Virus record (IMG/VR): IMGVR_UViG_3300046170_000450
Coordinates: 1-64,000 of that record
DNA from: a virus
Direction: 5' to 3' (one strand)
Length of the DNA: 64,000 bases
The position numbers and the translations under genes were made by a program. Positions 10,426-20,018 of the stretch are shown one piece after another; positions within the stretch are counted from its first letter, which is position 1; each line of letters starts with the position of its first letter. Below the pieces are notes generated by a model. It had not been told where the DNA came from, did no database searches, and saw only the letters and a program-made list of their open reading frames with translations.

Positions 10426-11227
10426 ATGAGTAAACAACTACACTTCGTATCTGGTCTTCCAAGAGCTTGCTCAACGCTGCTCTGTAATCTACTTGCACAG
10501 AACCCAAAGGTTCACGCTACGCCCTACTAGTGCCTTGCACGAAATAGGCTATATCGCTCGACAGGTCTTTCAGACCGAAGAGGCTAAAGCAGTGGATAAA
10601 AAAAATGTCCTTGAGCCTATGTATCTGGACTACGTCAGGGCTGGCTGTGAGAATGCTTTCAACAGCATCACCGACAGACCCGTAGTGGTAGACAAGTGTC
10701 GCTCTTGGATTGGTCACTTAGACCAGCTCTTCAAGGTGTGGGAAGATGCTAAGGTTCTTGTTCCTGTTCGTGACATTAGAGGTGTTTTGTCTAGTATGGA
10801 GAAGAAGCGTAGACAGCATCCAGAAGTGTTCAACGGTATTGAGCAACAGAATCCGCAGAACTGGACGACTATTGATAAACGTGTAAATGGCTGGCTACAA
10901 AGCCCTCCTATTGGAATCGCTATCGAACGCTTGCACGAAGCCAAGGAACGCTTTGGTGATAGGCTTATGTTTGTTCACGCCGATGACTTAACAGAGAACC
11001 CTCAAGACACAATGAACAAAGTCTGGGAGTATCTGGGCGAAGAACCATTCATCCACAATACTTCTAACGTCGAGCAATACACTCAGGAGTATGATGTTGG
11101 CTTCCCCTACGGAGACCACGTCATCCGTCAAGAAATTAAACCTTTAGTAAAAGACTGGCACGAGACATTAGGTCGCCAGCTATCAGAACAACTCAATCAA
11201 AAATTTAACTGGATTAACGAACTATGA
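10426..11227 (+). CDS. Sulfotransferase-family protein (one-base frameshift near 10522)
   Basis: ATG 10426 gives MSKQLHFVSGLPRACSTLLCNLLAQNPKVHAT (PAPS-binding loop). Removing one C in 'gccctact' joins it to the 10493 ORF (DKCRSW, VPVRDIRGVLSS, DDLTENPQ). Confidence 0.85.
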
Positions 11228-11793
11228 AAAACGCCCTAATTAATATTGAATCAAAACGAATCATCAGAGTAAAAGACGATGATTTTTTAAATGTACCCGA
11301 ATTTGCAGAAGTAGTATCTATTTCTAATGCTAAAGCCAGCATCTTTGAATCTTCGACCGAACCAATGTTCTTAATTAGCAACGAGGTTGTTAGCTTAGAT
11401 GAAAAGATGGCTACAGAAAGACAAGAGAGAAAAGAAGAGCGGTTTGCAGAAAATTCAGACCTGTTTAGATCTCGCAAAATTCAAGAAATCAAAAAAGGTA
11501 GAGATGCAGAATATAATGCAATTCTTGTGACCAGCGATGGTCTACAATTCAAATCAGATTTAGAAACTATTATTGACGTAAAGACTTTGATCGAAATCCT
11601 ACCAGATGGTGGCTCCTTTGTTGGTTATAAGTCGGCAGACGGCTCTTACAATGTGATTACTAAAGAACAATTTCAGACAGCAATCACAGAAGGTATAGAA
11701 AGAAAGTCTGCCGCATTCGCTAAAGAGGCGCAACTTGTCGAGGCTGTAACTGCCGCCACAACACTGGCAGAATTAGAAGCAATTGTTTGGTAA
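11224..11793 (+). CDS. Tail-fibre assembly-like protein (DUF4376-like C-terminus)
   Basis: C-terminus 'AVTAATTLAELEAIVW' typical of this family. Located next to adhesin genes. Confidence 0.55.
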   Translation: MKNALINIESKRIIRVKDDDFLNVPEFAEVVSISNAKASIFESSTEPMFLISNEVVSLDEKMATERQERKEERFAENSDLFRSRKIQEIKKGRDAEYNAILVTSDGLQFKSDLETIIDVKTLIEILPDGGSFVGYKSADGSYNVITKEQFQTAITEGIERKSAAFAKEAQLVEAVTAATTLAELEAIVW

Positions 11794-12070
11794 TGAGAAT
11801 AACCATAAAGGCTGACCCCTCAAAATCTAGGGGAAAATCTTATTATTGGAATCTAGCCGAGGCTATGTCACAAGGACTAGCCTCGGTTTTTGGGTTAAAC
11901 GCCAACCTAACCTTCTCTGCTTATTGCGGATACTGGAAACAAGAAAATCTCCCGATAAGGGGAAAATTTTATAAATTTATTAATTTTTTGTTTCAAGATA
12001 AATATCATTGCCAGAACGCTTGGAAGAATTTAACTTGACAAAAGTACTTTTTTGTGATATCATTTGTAAA

Positions 12071-12247
12071 ATGAGCAAATGGACGGAACAACAAAGAGGC
12101 GCCTTCTGGAAAAAAGAAGGCAAAAATGGCAAATATTTGGCTGGATATGTAGTCATAGACGGGAAGAAACACCCCGTAACGGTTTTTCCAAACAAGTTCA
12201 AAGAAAAAGAAGCTCAGCCAGAGTTTATTATTTACGAAACTTTTTAA
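12071..12247 (+). CDS. Small DUF736-like protein
   Basis: GAFWKKEGKNGKYLAG...VFPNKFKEKEAQPEF pattern. Upstream TTGACA promoter. Confidence 0.55.
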   Translation: MSKWTEQQRGAFWKKEGKNGKYLAGYVVIDGKKHPVTVFPNKFKEKEAQPEFIIYETF

Positions 12248-12478
12248 CTTTTTGCTTGACTTTGTTATTTTTTATGGCATTATACGTCATATGGCTAAAA
12301 AAACAAAACCAGGCGCTGATTTAAGAGCGCCGAATCCCGCAAAAAGAAAACTAATGGGTCGCTCAAGCGGTCATCTAGTTCATAACGATCATGTCGGTCA
12401 TCTGGTTACTCCAAAGATTGACAAGGCTATCAAAAATAATCTAGAGAAGCGTTCGACGAAATCAAATGCTTCAGCACT

Positions 12479-13006
12479 ATGAAAAAACAAATAGAACTAA
12501 TTCAACTTTGGGGTATTAGAGGTTGGTTAATATACTACGCTCCAAAGCCCATAAGCTATATCGGAAATTTATGGAATTGGATGTTTCCAATGTATCGTGA
12601 AACCTTTTTAGACAAAATGAGCATTTTCTTAAAGCCTCGCCAGCGATGGATTAAGAAGCATATCGAATATAATAGTTGGTGCGATAAGGTTGAACTTATT
12701 CCGAAGTTTCTCTTTGGTTGTGTTATTCATTATGTCGATGAAGAAAAGTGTTTCAAGCGCATTGATTTTGATGCTACTCCAGAACATAAAAAGTTTGCAG
12801 ACGAACTGAGGAAGTGTTATGAGTATGCAAAGAATGGTCGCGACGATCTCGGAAAACAGATTGAAGATGCTTATGATAACCTTCCAGAAGGTGGAACTTA
12901 TGAAGAAAAATATGGTGAAGTGAATCGCTTAGAAACGGAGATTAGAAAGTTAGATAAACGTTATATGGCTTGGATTGTATCGAATAAAGACTATATGTGG
13001 GTATAA
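12479..13006 (+). CDS. Hypothetical phage protein
   Basis: 175-aa ORF coupled to the preceding small ORF. Confidence 0.7.
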   Translation: MKKQIELIQLWGIRGWLIYYAPKPISYIGNLWNWMFPMYRETFLDKMSIFLKPRQRWIKKHIEYNSWCDKVELIPKFLFGCVIHYVDEEKCFKRIDFDATPEHKKFADELRKCYEYAKNGRDDLGKQIEDAYDNLPEGGTYEEKYGEVNRLETEIRKLDKRYMAWIVSNKDYMWV

Positions 13007-13644
13007 TCATGAATGCGATAGACACAATTGATATGTATATAGCTAAGTGCAAAGAAAGCTTATCCTACCATAAACACTTAAACAATGCAATGGCATGCCA
13101 GAAATGGGGTAATCGTTTAAAAATCCTAGAATCAGCAAAACTCGTTATTAAAAATATTGACAAAGGAATATGAGAACAATAGCAGCATTAACACTCTTTT
13201 GGATAGGCGATTTAATCGCTAAGATCTTTTTACGACATGAATTGACAGCACAGATTATGTATAAGCCATATCGTAGAATCATGATCCTATCTAGCGAAAT
13301 TGATAATAAACAGAAGGTTTGGAAAAAGGTTGACAACAACGAGGAACTTTAATATAATAATATTATGAATAAAGAAGTAGTAACAAAAGTAAGTATTAAG
13401 TCGTCTAATCTCAACTGGAATCCAATCTTCAATAGCATCCAAGTTGGCCCCGATGACGAGGCCGCTGGTTCTTTCCTGACCATACGCGGAAATGATGAGC
13501 AAAACGACAGTGCTAAAATCTCCCTCGACTGGGAGGAGTGGGACGAACTCGTAAAAGTTGTTTCTAAGTATCGTAAAGATTGGGAATGGGATGCTGATGG
13601 GAATCCTGTAGTAAAGGTGTATACCACATCACAGTAAGAGGAAT

Positions 13645-14169
13645 ATGAAAATAACAATAGAGCAGTACAAAGAAAAATTCAGCTACGAAACTGAATGCGA
13701 TTCAATAGATATGAGTGAACTGGCTGATAAGCTATATACTCTATGCATCACCGCTGGATATTACCCCGATTCTGTAGGAGAATGCTTCTACACAAAAGGT
13801 CAAGAAATGACAGCACATCTTTATCCAGATGATAACGCCGATCATGATGATGATAATTCTATGATTGATTGGATGAAATACGATCCAGAAGTAGATGAAT
13901 CGATTGTAGTTAAAAGTCGATATGGGACTGAACGAAAATTTACTATCTTAGGTATGAATTGTGTTGAATATTCTTTTGAAGATGATGGTCATGTTGGATA
14001 TTCTCGAAATGATGATGGTAGTCTATATTCAGTTGACCCAAGTGGTGGACCGTATATCGGTATCGGCACAAATCTCGGTGATGTGCATAAGGAATTAGAA
14101 TGCTTAACTGTTACAAAAATTAAAGCGGATGAGAATAAAGCAGGGACTTACTATCTCACAGTAAAATAA
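13645..14169 (+). CDS. Hypothetical protein; N-terminal domain paralogous to 14746..14970
   Basis: MKITIEQYKEKFSYE...LYTLCITAGYYPDSVG versus MKITIEHYEEKFTYE...LYGLCIAVGYHPESVG. Confidence 0.75.
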   Translation: MKITIEQYKEKFSYETECDSIDMSELADKLYTLCITAGYYPDSVGECFYTKGQEMTAHLYPDDNADHDDDNSMIDWMKYDPEVDESIVVKSRYGTERKFTILGMNCVEYSFEDDGHVGYSRNDDGSLYSVDPSGGPYIGIGTNLGDVHKELECLTVTKIKADENKAGTYYLTVK

Positions 14170-14171
14170 AT

Positions 14172-14471
14172 ATGGAAAACAAACCAGATAATTGGGTAGT
14201 AGTAAAAGTCGGAAAGACTCTCTATAAAGTCCTTGCGGGCTGGAGTGGTGGATATCTCGATGGCGATAGTTGGAAACTCAATAGTGGTATCTCTGAAGTG
14301 AAAGAAGATGGAGACTATTGGCTATTCATTGGTCAAAGCGGTAGCGTCTATAAATGCCATAAAGAAGGTTATGGTACAAAAATGAATAATCACGGAATCC
14401 TTAAACAGTTACTTGAAATAGATGGTACTAAATTAATGGATGAAGAAACAGATTGGATGAAATTAGTATAA
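14172..14471 (+). CDS. Conserved hypothetical phage protein
   Basis: PDNWVVVK...YKVLAGWSGGYLDGDSWKLNSGI motif, which I recognise from other large phages. Confidence 0.75.
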   Translation: MENKPDNWVVVKVGKTLYKVLAGWSGGYLDGDSWKLNSGISEVKEDGDYWLFIGQSGSVYKCHKEGYGTKMNNHGILKQLLEIDGTKLMDEETDWMKLV

Positions 14472-15178
14472 AATTATGAGAAAAACAAATGGTATTAAAG
14501 TAAATGCAGAATTAGATGATAAAGCCTTCGCTGTTGGAGATTTTATTCAGCAGTTAGGTGAAGTACAAGACCAGAAGTTCGAAGCTCTTTGGAAGGAATG
14601 TAAAGAAAAAGAATGGATTAAAGGCATGGACGAAGCGAATGCAAAAGATTGGCTCTTTGATTATATCTTTAATGGCTGGGAAAAGGATAGTCTTGGTTTT
14701 TACAAAAGCTTTAGCGAATACTGCGGAGCAGATTGGGAATAAATTATGAAAATTACAATAGAACATTACGAAGAAAAATTTACATATGAAGGACGCGATG
14801 ATCTCTGTATTTCAGAATTGATTGAACGTTTATACGGTCTATGTATCGCTGTTGGCTATCACCCCGAAAGTGTTGGTGGTGCAATGTATGATAAGGGTCA
14901 AGACGTATGCCAAGTAGAACCCGAAAATAATATTTATGAATATGAAGAAGTCTCTAAACGAACAAAATAAGAACAAATCTCTTATGCTTTATGAAAAAAT
15001 TATTATCGGAGTGTTTTCTCTATGCTCGGTTGTGTGGTTATTTCTTTGGTTAAGTTTTTTGTAAAAAACCCTTGACAATTTTAAAAATTTCAAATAAGAT
15101 TGTCTCCATAATAAATTAATAATTATGTGCAAAGGAACTTTCTCATACTCTAACAGGAACAGAATGAATAAAAATATG

Positions 15179-15493
15179 AAATACGAAGAACTACAAAAAA
15201 AAGTAATTGAGTGGGCAAAGGATCGAAATATCCTTGAAAACTCAAACGCAATCAAGCAAATAAGCAAAACCCAAGAAGAGTTGGATGAAACGCTTGATGC
15301 CCTAAAGCGACTTGAGCAGGGTGAAGAATCTATACTTGAAGTTGCAGACGGAATCGGAGATATGTTGGTAACAATTATTTTGCTTGCAAAGATTGTTGGG
15401 TTAGATTCGGTCGATTGTTTGGCTGATGCTTATGATGAAATCAAAGATCGTAAGGGCAAAATGGTCAATGGTCTATTTGTAAAGGAGAAATAA
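15179..15493 (+). CDS. MazG-like nucleotide pyrophosphohydrolase
   Basis: KTQEELDE...VADGIGDMLVT...AYDEIKDRKGKMVNGLFVKE. Confidence 0.85.
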   Translation, partial: KYEELQKKVIEWAKDRNILENSNAIKQISKTQEELDETLDALKRLEQGEESILEVADGIGDMLVTIILLAKIVGLDSVDCLADAYDEIKDRKGKMVNGLFVKEK

Positions 15494-15781
15494 TATGATT
15501 ACAGTATTAGAAGACGCAAAAATTACTTATCAACGCATTTGTTGGTGTGTTCCAGTAGAATACAATGGCGACAAATACATGATTGTTGCTGATGAAGACG
15601 ACAATCAAGGCGATCACGCCATCCATGAATATGATGAAGATAGCAGGTACAATATCGGCGACCAATATAATGGCGATGACTATGATGATCTTTTTGAAAA
15701 CATCATTGAAGTTATGATGGATTGTGGAGAATTGTCTAGCGGTCTTGAAAAAGGAACTATGGTAGAATTGGAGGATTAAAT

Positions 15782-16318
15782 ATGAAATATGAACTTACAG
15801 CACAAGGTTATGGCGGAGAATTTGCAATGGGCAAAGTATGTCCAGAACTTGTAGAACAATTACAGGACGAAGATGTATTCCCCGATGATATTGTTGAAGC
15901 TTGGCATGAAACAGACGACTTGGAGCATATTACATCTTGTTTTGAAAATACTGATTTTGTCGTAACGGACGAAGAAGATGAAACTGTATATGAAGGGGAG
16001 TTGGAATGCTCACATTCTCGTGAAGCTTACACCCTTGAATGTGGGTTTAAAGAATACACGCCAGTTATGCAATGTATATCCTCAGAAAAGGGCTTGTTTT
16101 TTACTGCTACGTTCGAGACAGACGATTTCGATGTCCAAAAACTACAAACAAAATATGTTGAAACTGATTTCGGATGCTTTGTGGAGAAAGTGACTTATGA
16201 CGGAAAAGAATTAGAACTTGATTTTGATGATTATTCTGTCCAGAATAAAGGTTTTGACGCTAAAGTTGGATGGGTTAATCCAAAGTGGCATGAAAAAAAA
16301 TATTGTGAAGACGAGTAA
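15782..16318 (+). CDS. Acidic hypothetical protein
   Basis: 178-aa ORF in a tightly packed operon. Confidence 0.7.
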   Translation: MKYELTAQGYGGEFAMGKVCPELVEQLQDEDVFPDDIVEAWHETDDLEHITSCFENTDFVVTDEEDETVYEGELECSHSREAYTLECGFKEYTPVMQCISSEKGLFFTATFETDDFDVQKLQTKYVETDFGCFVEKVTYDGKELELDFDDYSVQNKGFDAKVGWVNPKWHEKKYCEDE

Positions 16319-16675
16319 ATGAATCTAGCTAAACACATTATTCTTGATCTGTATGATTGTGATTTTGATTTGATAAATTCTGTTGAGTATGTCGAATCAG
16401 CACTGACAAAAGCTGTGGAAATATCTGAATGTAAAATATTAAATAAATATTTTCATAAATTTTCTCCGCAAGGAGTCACGGGAATTATTTGTGTTTGTGA
16501 ATCTCATTTCTCTATTCACACATGGCCTGAACATAATTACGTAGCGATTGATATTTTTTGTTGCAAAGAAAATACGAAAAAATCAATAGAATATCTATGC
16601 GAAAAGTTTAAATCCAAAAACAAATCAATAAAAACTGTCAATAGAGGCGAAATTCATGAAGATAACATCGGCTAA
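16319..16675 (+). CDS. speD: S-adenosylmethionine decarboxylase proenzyme
   Basis: HIILDLYDC, HKFSPQGVTG, ESHFSIHTWPE (E-S cleavage site), DIFCC. Confidence 0.95.
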   Translation: MNLAKHIILDLYDCDFDLINSVEYVESALTKAVEISECKILNKYFHKFSPQGVTGIICVCESHFSIHTWPEHNYVAIDIFCCKENTKKSIEYLCEKFKSKNKSIKTVNRGEIHEDNIG

Positions 16676-17435
16676 ACTAAAAGAAAGATTATTTTTTAAA
16701 AATTCTGATTTTCAAAAAATAGAAGTCTATGAAACAAATTTCGGCAAATCTTTATTTCTTGATGATATAGAGCAATTTTCCGAATTTGATGAAATCGAAT
16801 ATCACGATACAATGACTAAAATTCCGCTTTCTATTCACGGCAAACCAAATAATGTATTAATTATTGGAGGAGGAGACGGGGGAATAGCAAGAGAATGTTT
16901 AAAATATGATACTATTAAATCTATCGACCAATGCGAAATAGACAAAGAAGTGGTGTCTGTGTGCAGAGAATATTTCCCGCAAATGGCTTCATCTTTTGAT
17001 AACCCTAGAGTAAATTTGACGTTTGATGATGCTAAAGAATTTGTTAAATCAATAGATAAAAAATATGACATAATTTTAGTTGATTCGACAGATCCAATAA
17101 ATCAATCCAAGCCTCTTTTTAAAAAAGACTTCTATGAAGATTTAAAAAATATTTTAAAAAATAATGGGTTATTATCTTGCCAAGTTCAAACGCCTGCCGT
17201 AAGCCATAGAATATCTAATGAAGTTTATAACTCACTTTATGAAGTTTTTGATTATTTAAATTTTTTCTTTTGTACCTATATTAGGGACGGTCATAAAGAT
17301 AATACGCTTTTTTCATTATCTGCAAATAAAGAAGTTGAGATACCTGAAAAATTTATTGAATATTTTGACTTAAGTTCAAAAGAATACCAAAAAACTAGAG
17401 CTTTTTTAAATAAAATAAACTGGATAAAAAAATGA
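16656..17435 (+). CDS. speE: Spermidine synthase / polyamine aminopropyltransferase
   Basis: VLIIGGGDGGIARE, CEIDKEVV, YDIILVDSTDP. Overlaps speD. Confidence 0.93.
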   Translation: MKITSAKLKERLFFKNSDFQKIEVYETNFGKSLFLDDIEQFSEFDEIEYHDTMTKIPLSIHGKPNNVLIIGGGDGGIARECLKYDTIKSIDQCEIDKEVVSVCREYFPQMASSFDNPRVNLTFDDAKEFVKSIDKKYDIILVDSTDPINQSKPLFKKDFYEDLKNILKNNGLLSCQVQTPAVSHRISNEVYNSLYEVFDYLNFFFCTYIRDGHKDNTLFSLSANKEVEIPEKFIEYFDLSSKEYQKTRAFLNKINWIKK

Positions 17436-17920
17436 GTAAATGGAAAAACAGCAGTAGTTGGAATCGTGGGCAACGAATTGAAAAAGAGTTCGCTCCGCTT
17501 CTGCGTCAACGCGATCCGAATTATCGGAAGGCAAATAGAGAAGAACAATTTCGCCACATCGACTACTTTAGTAGTTTTGGCACTATTGATGTAAAAGCTA
17601 AAAAGAAGATCAGTCGCTCAGACTCACAGGAACAAGATGAACTTCTTTGGGTTGAGTTCTTAAATGTACAAGGTCGAGAAGGTTGGCTTCGCGGTCAAAC
17701 GGATGTTATCGCTTTTGAGCGTAATGATGACTTTGTTTTAATCAAACGCAATTATCTTTTAGGTATGTGTCAAGTCAAATGCGACTTGAGCAAGAAAGTA
17801 ACAAATAGTAAAGATGCGTTATATAAGGGCTATCAGAGAGAAGGTCGTAAAGATTTAATATCTATTATTAAGATGAGCGATGTCTTAGAGTTGCCCCATC
17901 AACGATGGAAAAAAATATAA
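17432..17920 (+). CDS. PD-(D/E)XK-like nuclease
   Basis: HIDY...TIDVKAKK...WVEFLNVQGREGWL. Confidence 0.6.
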   Translation: MSKWKNSSSWNRGQRIEKEFAPLLRQRDPNYRKANREEQFRHIDYFSSFGTIDVKAKKKISRSDSQEQDELLWVEFLNVQGREGWLRGQTDVIAFERNDDFVLIKRNYLLGMCQVKCDLSKKVTNSKDALYKGYQREGRKDLISIIKMSDVLELPHQRWKKI

Positions 17921-18235
17921 GTGTAAATTGAACTATGGAAGGGCAAATAGAAGTATTAGGAGCGAACCAAGCTTTAAGCAAATTTCAAGAATTTAAGGGA
18001 GAAGGCTCTCTTATCTCTGTGGATAAGGAACATCATTGCTTAATGTTGGGAGAAGAAAAGTTATTTTATCAAATATATAGAACAATTCATGCCGAAGACC
18101 ACATCGAATATGAGGGTTGGTGCAGTGATAAAGAGTCTAATGTAGGGCGAATAGGTATAAAATATACCCCAAAAAACGCTTGATAATATAATTTTTTGCA
18201 AATAAGTATATTATAGTGTAAATATCTATGAGATT

Positions 18236-18721
18236 ATGTTTGGACTTATCACGATGTTATTATCGACACTTGGGGCGACTGGCATGGGCAGTATGCTTAA
18301 AATTGTTGGTGGAATCTTTCAAAGTATTTCAGAAGCTAAAGCTGCAAAAGAACGCAGAGAGCTTATTAGAGATATGCAGACCCGTCAAATGGATGACGAT
18401 TTCCAAAAGATGTTGGTCGGTGAAGCAGATAAGGATACTGGTATGTTCACTAGGGCTACTCGTCGTCTTATTGCTTTTATGGGGATGCTCAACTTCGCAA
18501 TCATCTCGATCCTTTGCACCCTCTTCCCAAACACCACACTTATCACATTCACCCCACCAGAAAGTAAGGAAAACTTCAGTCTCCTCTGGGGTCTTGTCAA
18601 ATTCCCAAGCGGAAGTGAAGTCACCTCAACGATCACTACTGGACACATCTCTCTTGTCGCAATCACCACTTTGGGGGCAATCATCGGGTTCTACTTCACT
18701 CCTGGGGGTAGAAAAGGATAA
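18236..18721 (+). CDS. Membrane protein (holin-like)
   Basis: Hydrophobic segments plus an amphipathic N-terminus and terminal 'IIGFYF'. Confidence 0.55.
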   Translation: MFGLITMLLSTLGATGMGSMLKIVGGIFQSISEAKAAKERRELIRDMQTRQMDDDFQKMLVGEADKDTGMFTRATRRLIAFMGMLNFAIISILCTLFPNTTLITFTPPESKENFSLLWGLVKFPSGSEVTSTITTGHISLVAITTLGAIIGFYFTPGGRKG

Positions 18722-18782
18722 ATAACGTGTAAATATATTAGCAAAATCGCTCGCTAATTTTAAAAAACGCAAATAAGACATC

Positions 18783-19067
18783 ATGGTAGGAGATATATTA
18801 AATTTTATAGAGCAGGTAGGTATTCCAATTACAGCCGCTTTAACTGTTGGTTGGTTTCTTTTTATCATATTAAAATTTCTTTTAGCTCAAGTCACTGACA
18901 GAATTAGCGGTATAGCAAAATCTTTACTTTCCATAGAAAACCAAATAGATATAATGAACAATGACATCGTTAAGATTGATGCTCAGTTTTCTTGTGCTTT
19001 TGGTTGTCAGCCAAATATAAATAGAATCGCCGCGAGTGAAGGAAAAGAAGATTGCAGAGACGATTAG
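18783..19067 (+). CDS. Small membrane protein with coiled coil
   Basis: N-terminal TM helix followed by heptads. Confidence 0.7.
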   Translation: MVGDILNFIEQVGIPITAALTVGWFLFIILKFLLAQVTDRISGIAKSLLSIENQIDIMNNDIVKIDAQFSCAFGCQPNINRIAASEGKEDCRDD

Positions 19068-19111
19068 TTGAAAAACGGCTTTTCGATTTATAATAATGCA
19101 AATAAGACATT

Positions 19112-19387
19112 ATGAGTGGACATGAATTTCAACATTGGGCTGATGTAGTCGGTAAATTTGGATTTTCGTTAATTGCGATTATCGGACTAGGATTTTTTGT
19201 ATGGCATATTTGGAAATGGGTCACAACAAAAGTAAACCCTGCATTGGGTCAAGTAGGGGCTTCATTAGGCAAACTCAAGAAGCAAGTTCAAACACTCGAT
19301 AAAGATATGATTAGACTTAACACGAAGTTAAAAATTCTAATCGAAGAACGCCATATCTCCGACAAGCATAAGACGGAAGAAAAATAA
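19112..19387 (+). CDS. Small membrane protein with coiled coil
   Basis: Same architecture as the preceding gene. Confidence 0.7.
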   Translation: MSGHEFQHWADVVGKFGFSLIAIIGLGFFVWHIWKWVTTKVNPALGQVGASLGKLKKQVQTLDKDMIRLNTKLKILIEERHISDKHKTEEK

Positions 19388-19424
19388 ATCGCTCACAAAT
19401 TTTAAAAAACGCAAATAAATATAT

Positions 19425-19757
19425 ATGAAAGAAGCAATCATTAACGAACCAAGTCTGTCACAAGTCTTGCTAACAAGCCCAACGACATATATTGTCTTGT
19501 TGGTTATCGTTCTGACTATCGTCGGTCTAAAAACGCAAAAGTCGTCAACGAACTGTTGCAAGGCAAATAAGACATCATCACCTAGTAAGCCAAAGCGAGC
19601 TAGAGGTAAGAAGGGTAAGTATCTAGCGGATGACCCAACTACTCCCAACAAAAACGAAGCGTGGGAGGGTGGCAAAGCCCCTAAGAAAAAAGCCAAGAAA
19701 AAGACAGCGACGAAAAAAGCAGTCAAGAAACGCACTCCTAAAAAGGGTGGAAAGTAA
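19425..19757 (+). CDS. Membrane-anchored protein with Lys-rich tail
   Basis: TM segment, then RARGKKGKYLADDPTTPNKNEAW and a KKKAKKKTATKKAVKK tail. Confidence 0.7.
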   Translation: MKEAIINEPSLSQVLLTSPTTYIVLLVIVLTIVGLKTQKSSTNCCKANKTSSPSKPKRARGKKGKYLADDPTTPNKNEAWEGGKAPKKKAKKKTATKKAVKKRTPKKGGK

Positions 19758-20018
19758 AATTTTTAAAATTTAAAAAAACATGGAAACAATTATCGTTTTT
19801 CTCGTCGGCTTTGTAGTTGGCATCCTTGTCGGAAGAAAGCATACGGAAGCAGTTGAGACTGTTGTTAGTCTTGGCAAGAGACTTATCGGAAAAAAGTAAA
19901 TTTTTTTTCTTACATAAGTGGTTCTTTTTCAAGGACTTATAGAGTGGTCACGATTTGTGACCACTTTTTTTTGCGCTATGTGCTTGACATATTGGGAATC
20001 TGTGCCATACTGTGTGGC

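Noticed and set aside
18228-18725. 165-aa alternative-frame ORF over the membrane protein gene
   Set aside because: Ser/Leu-rich shadow composition. The 18236 frame has coherent TM structure. A nested spanin-like gene is not supported by a proper signal and lipobox.
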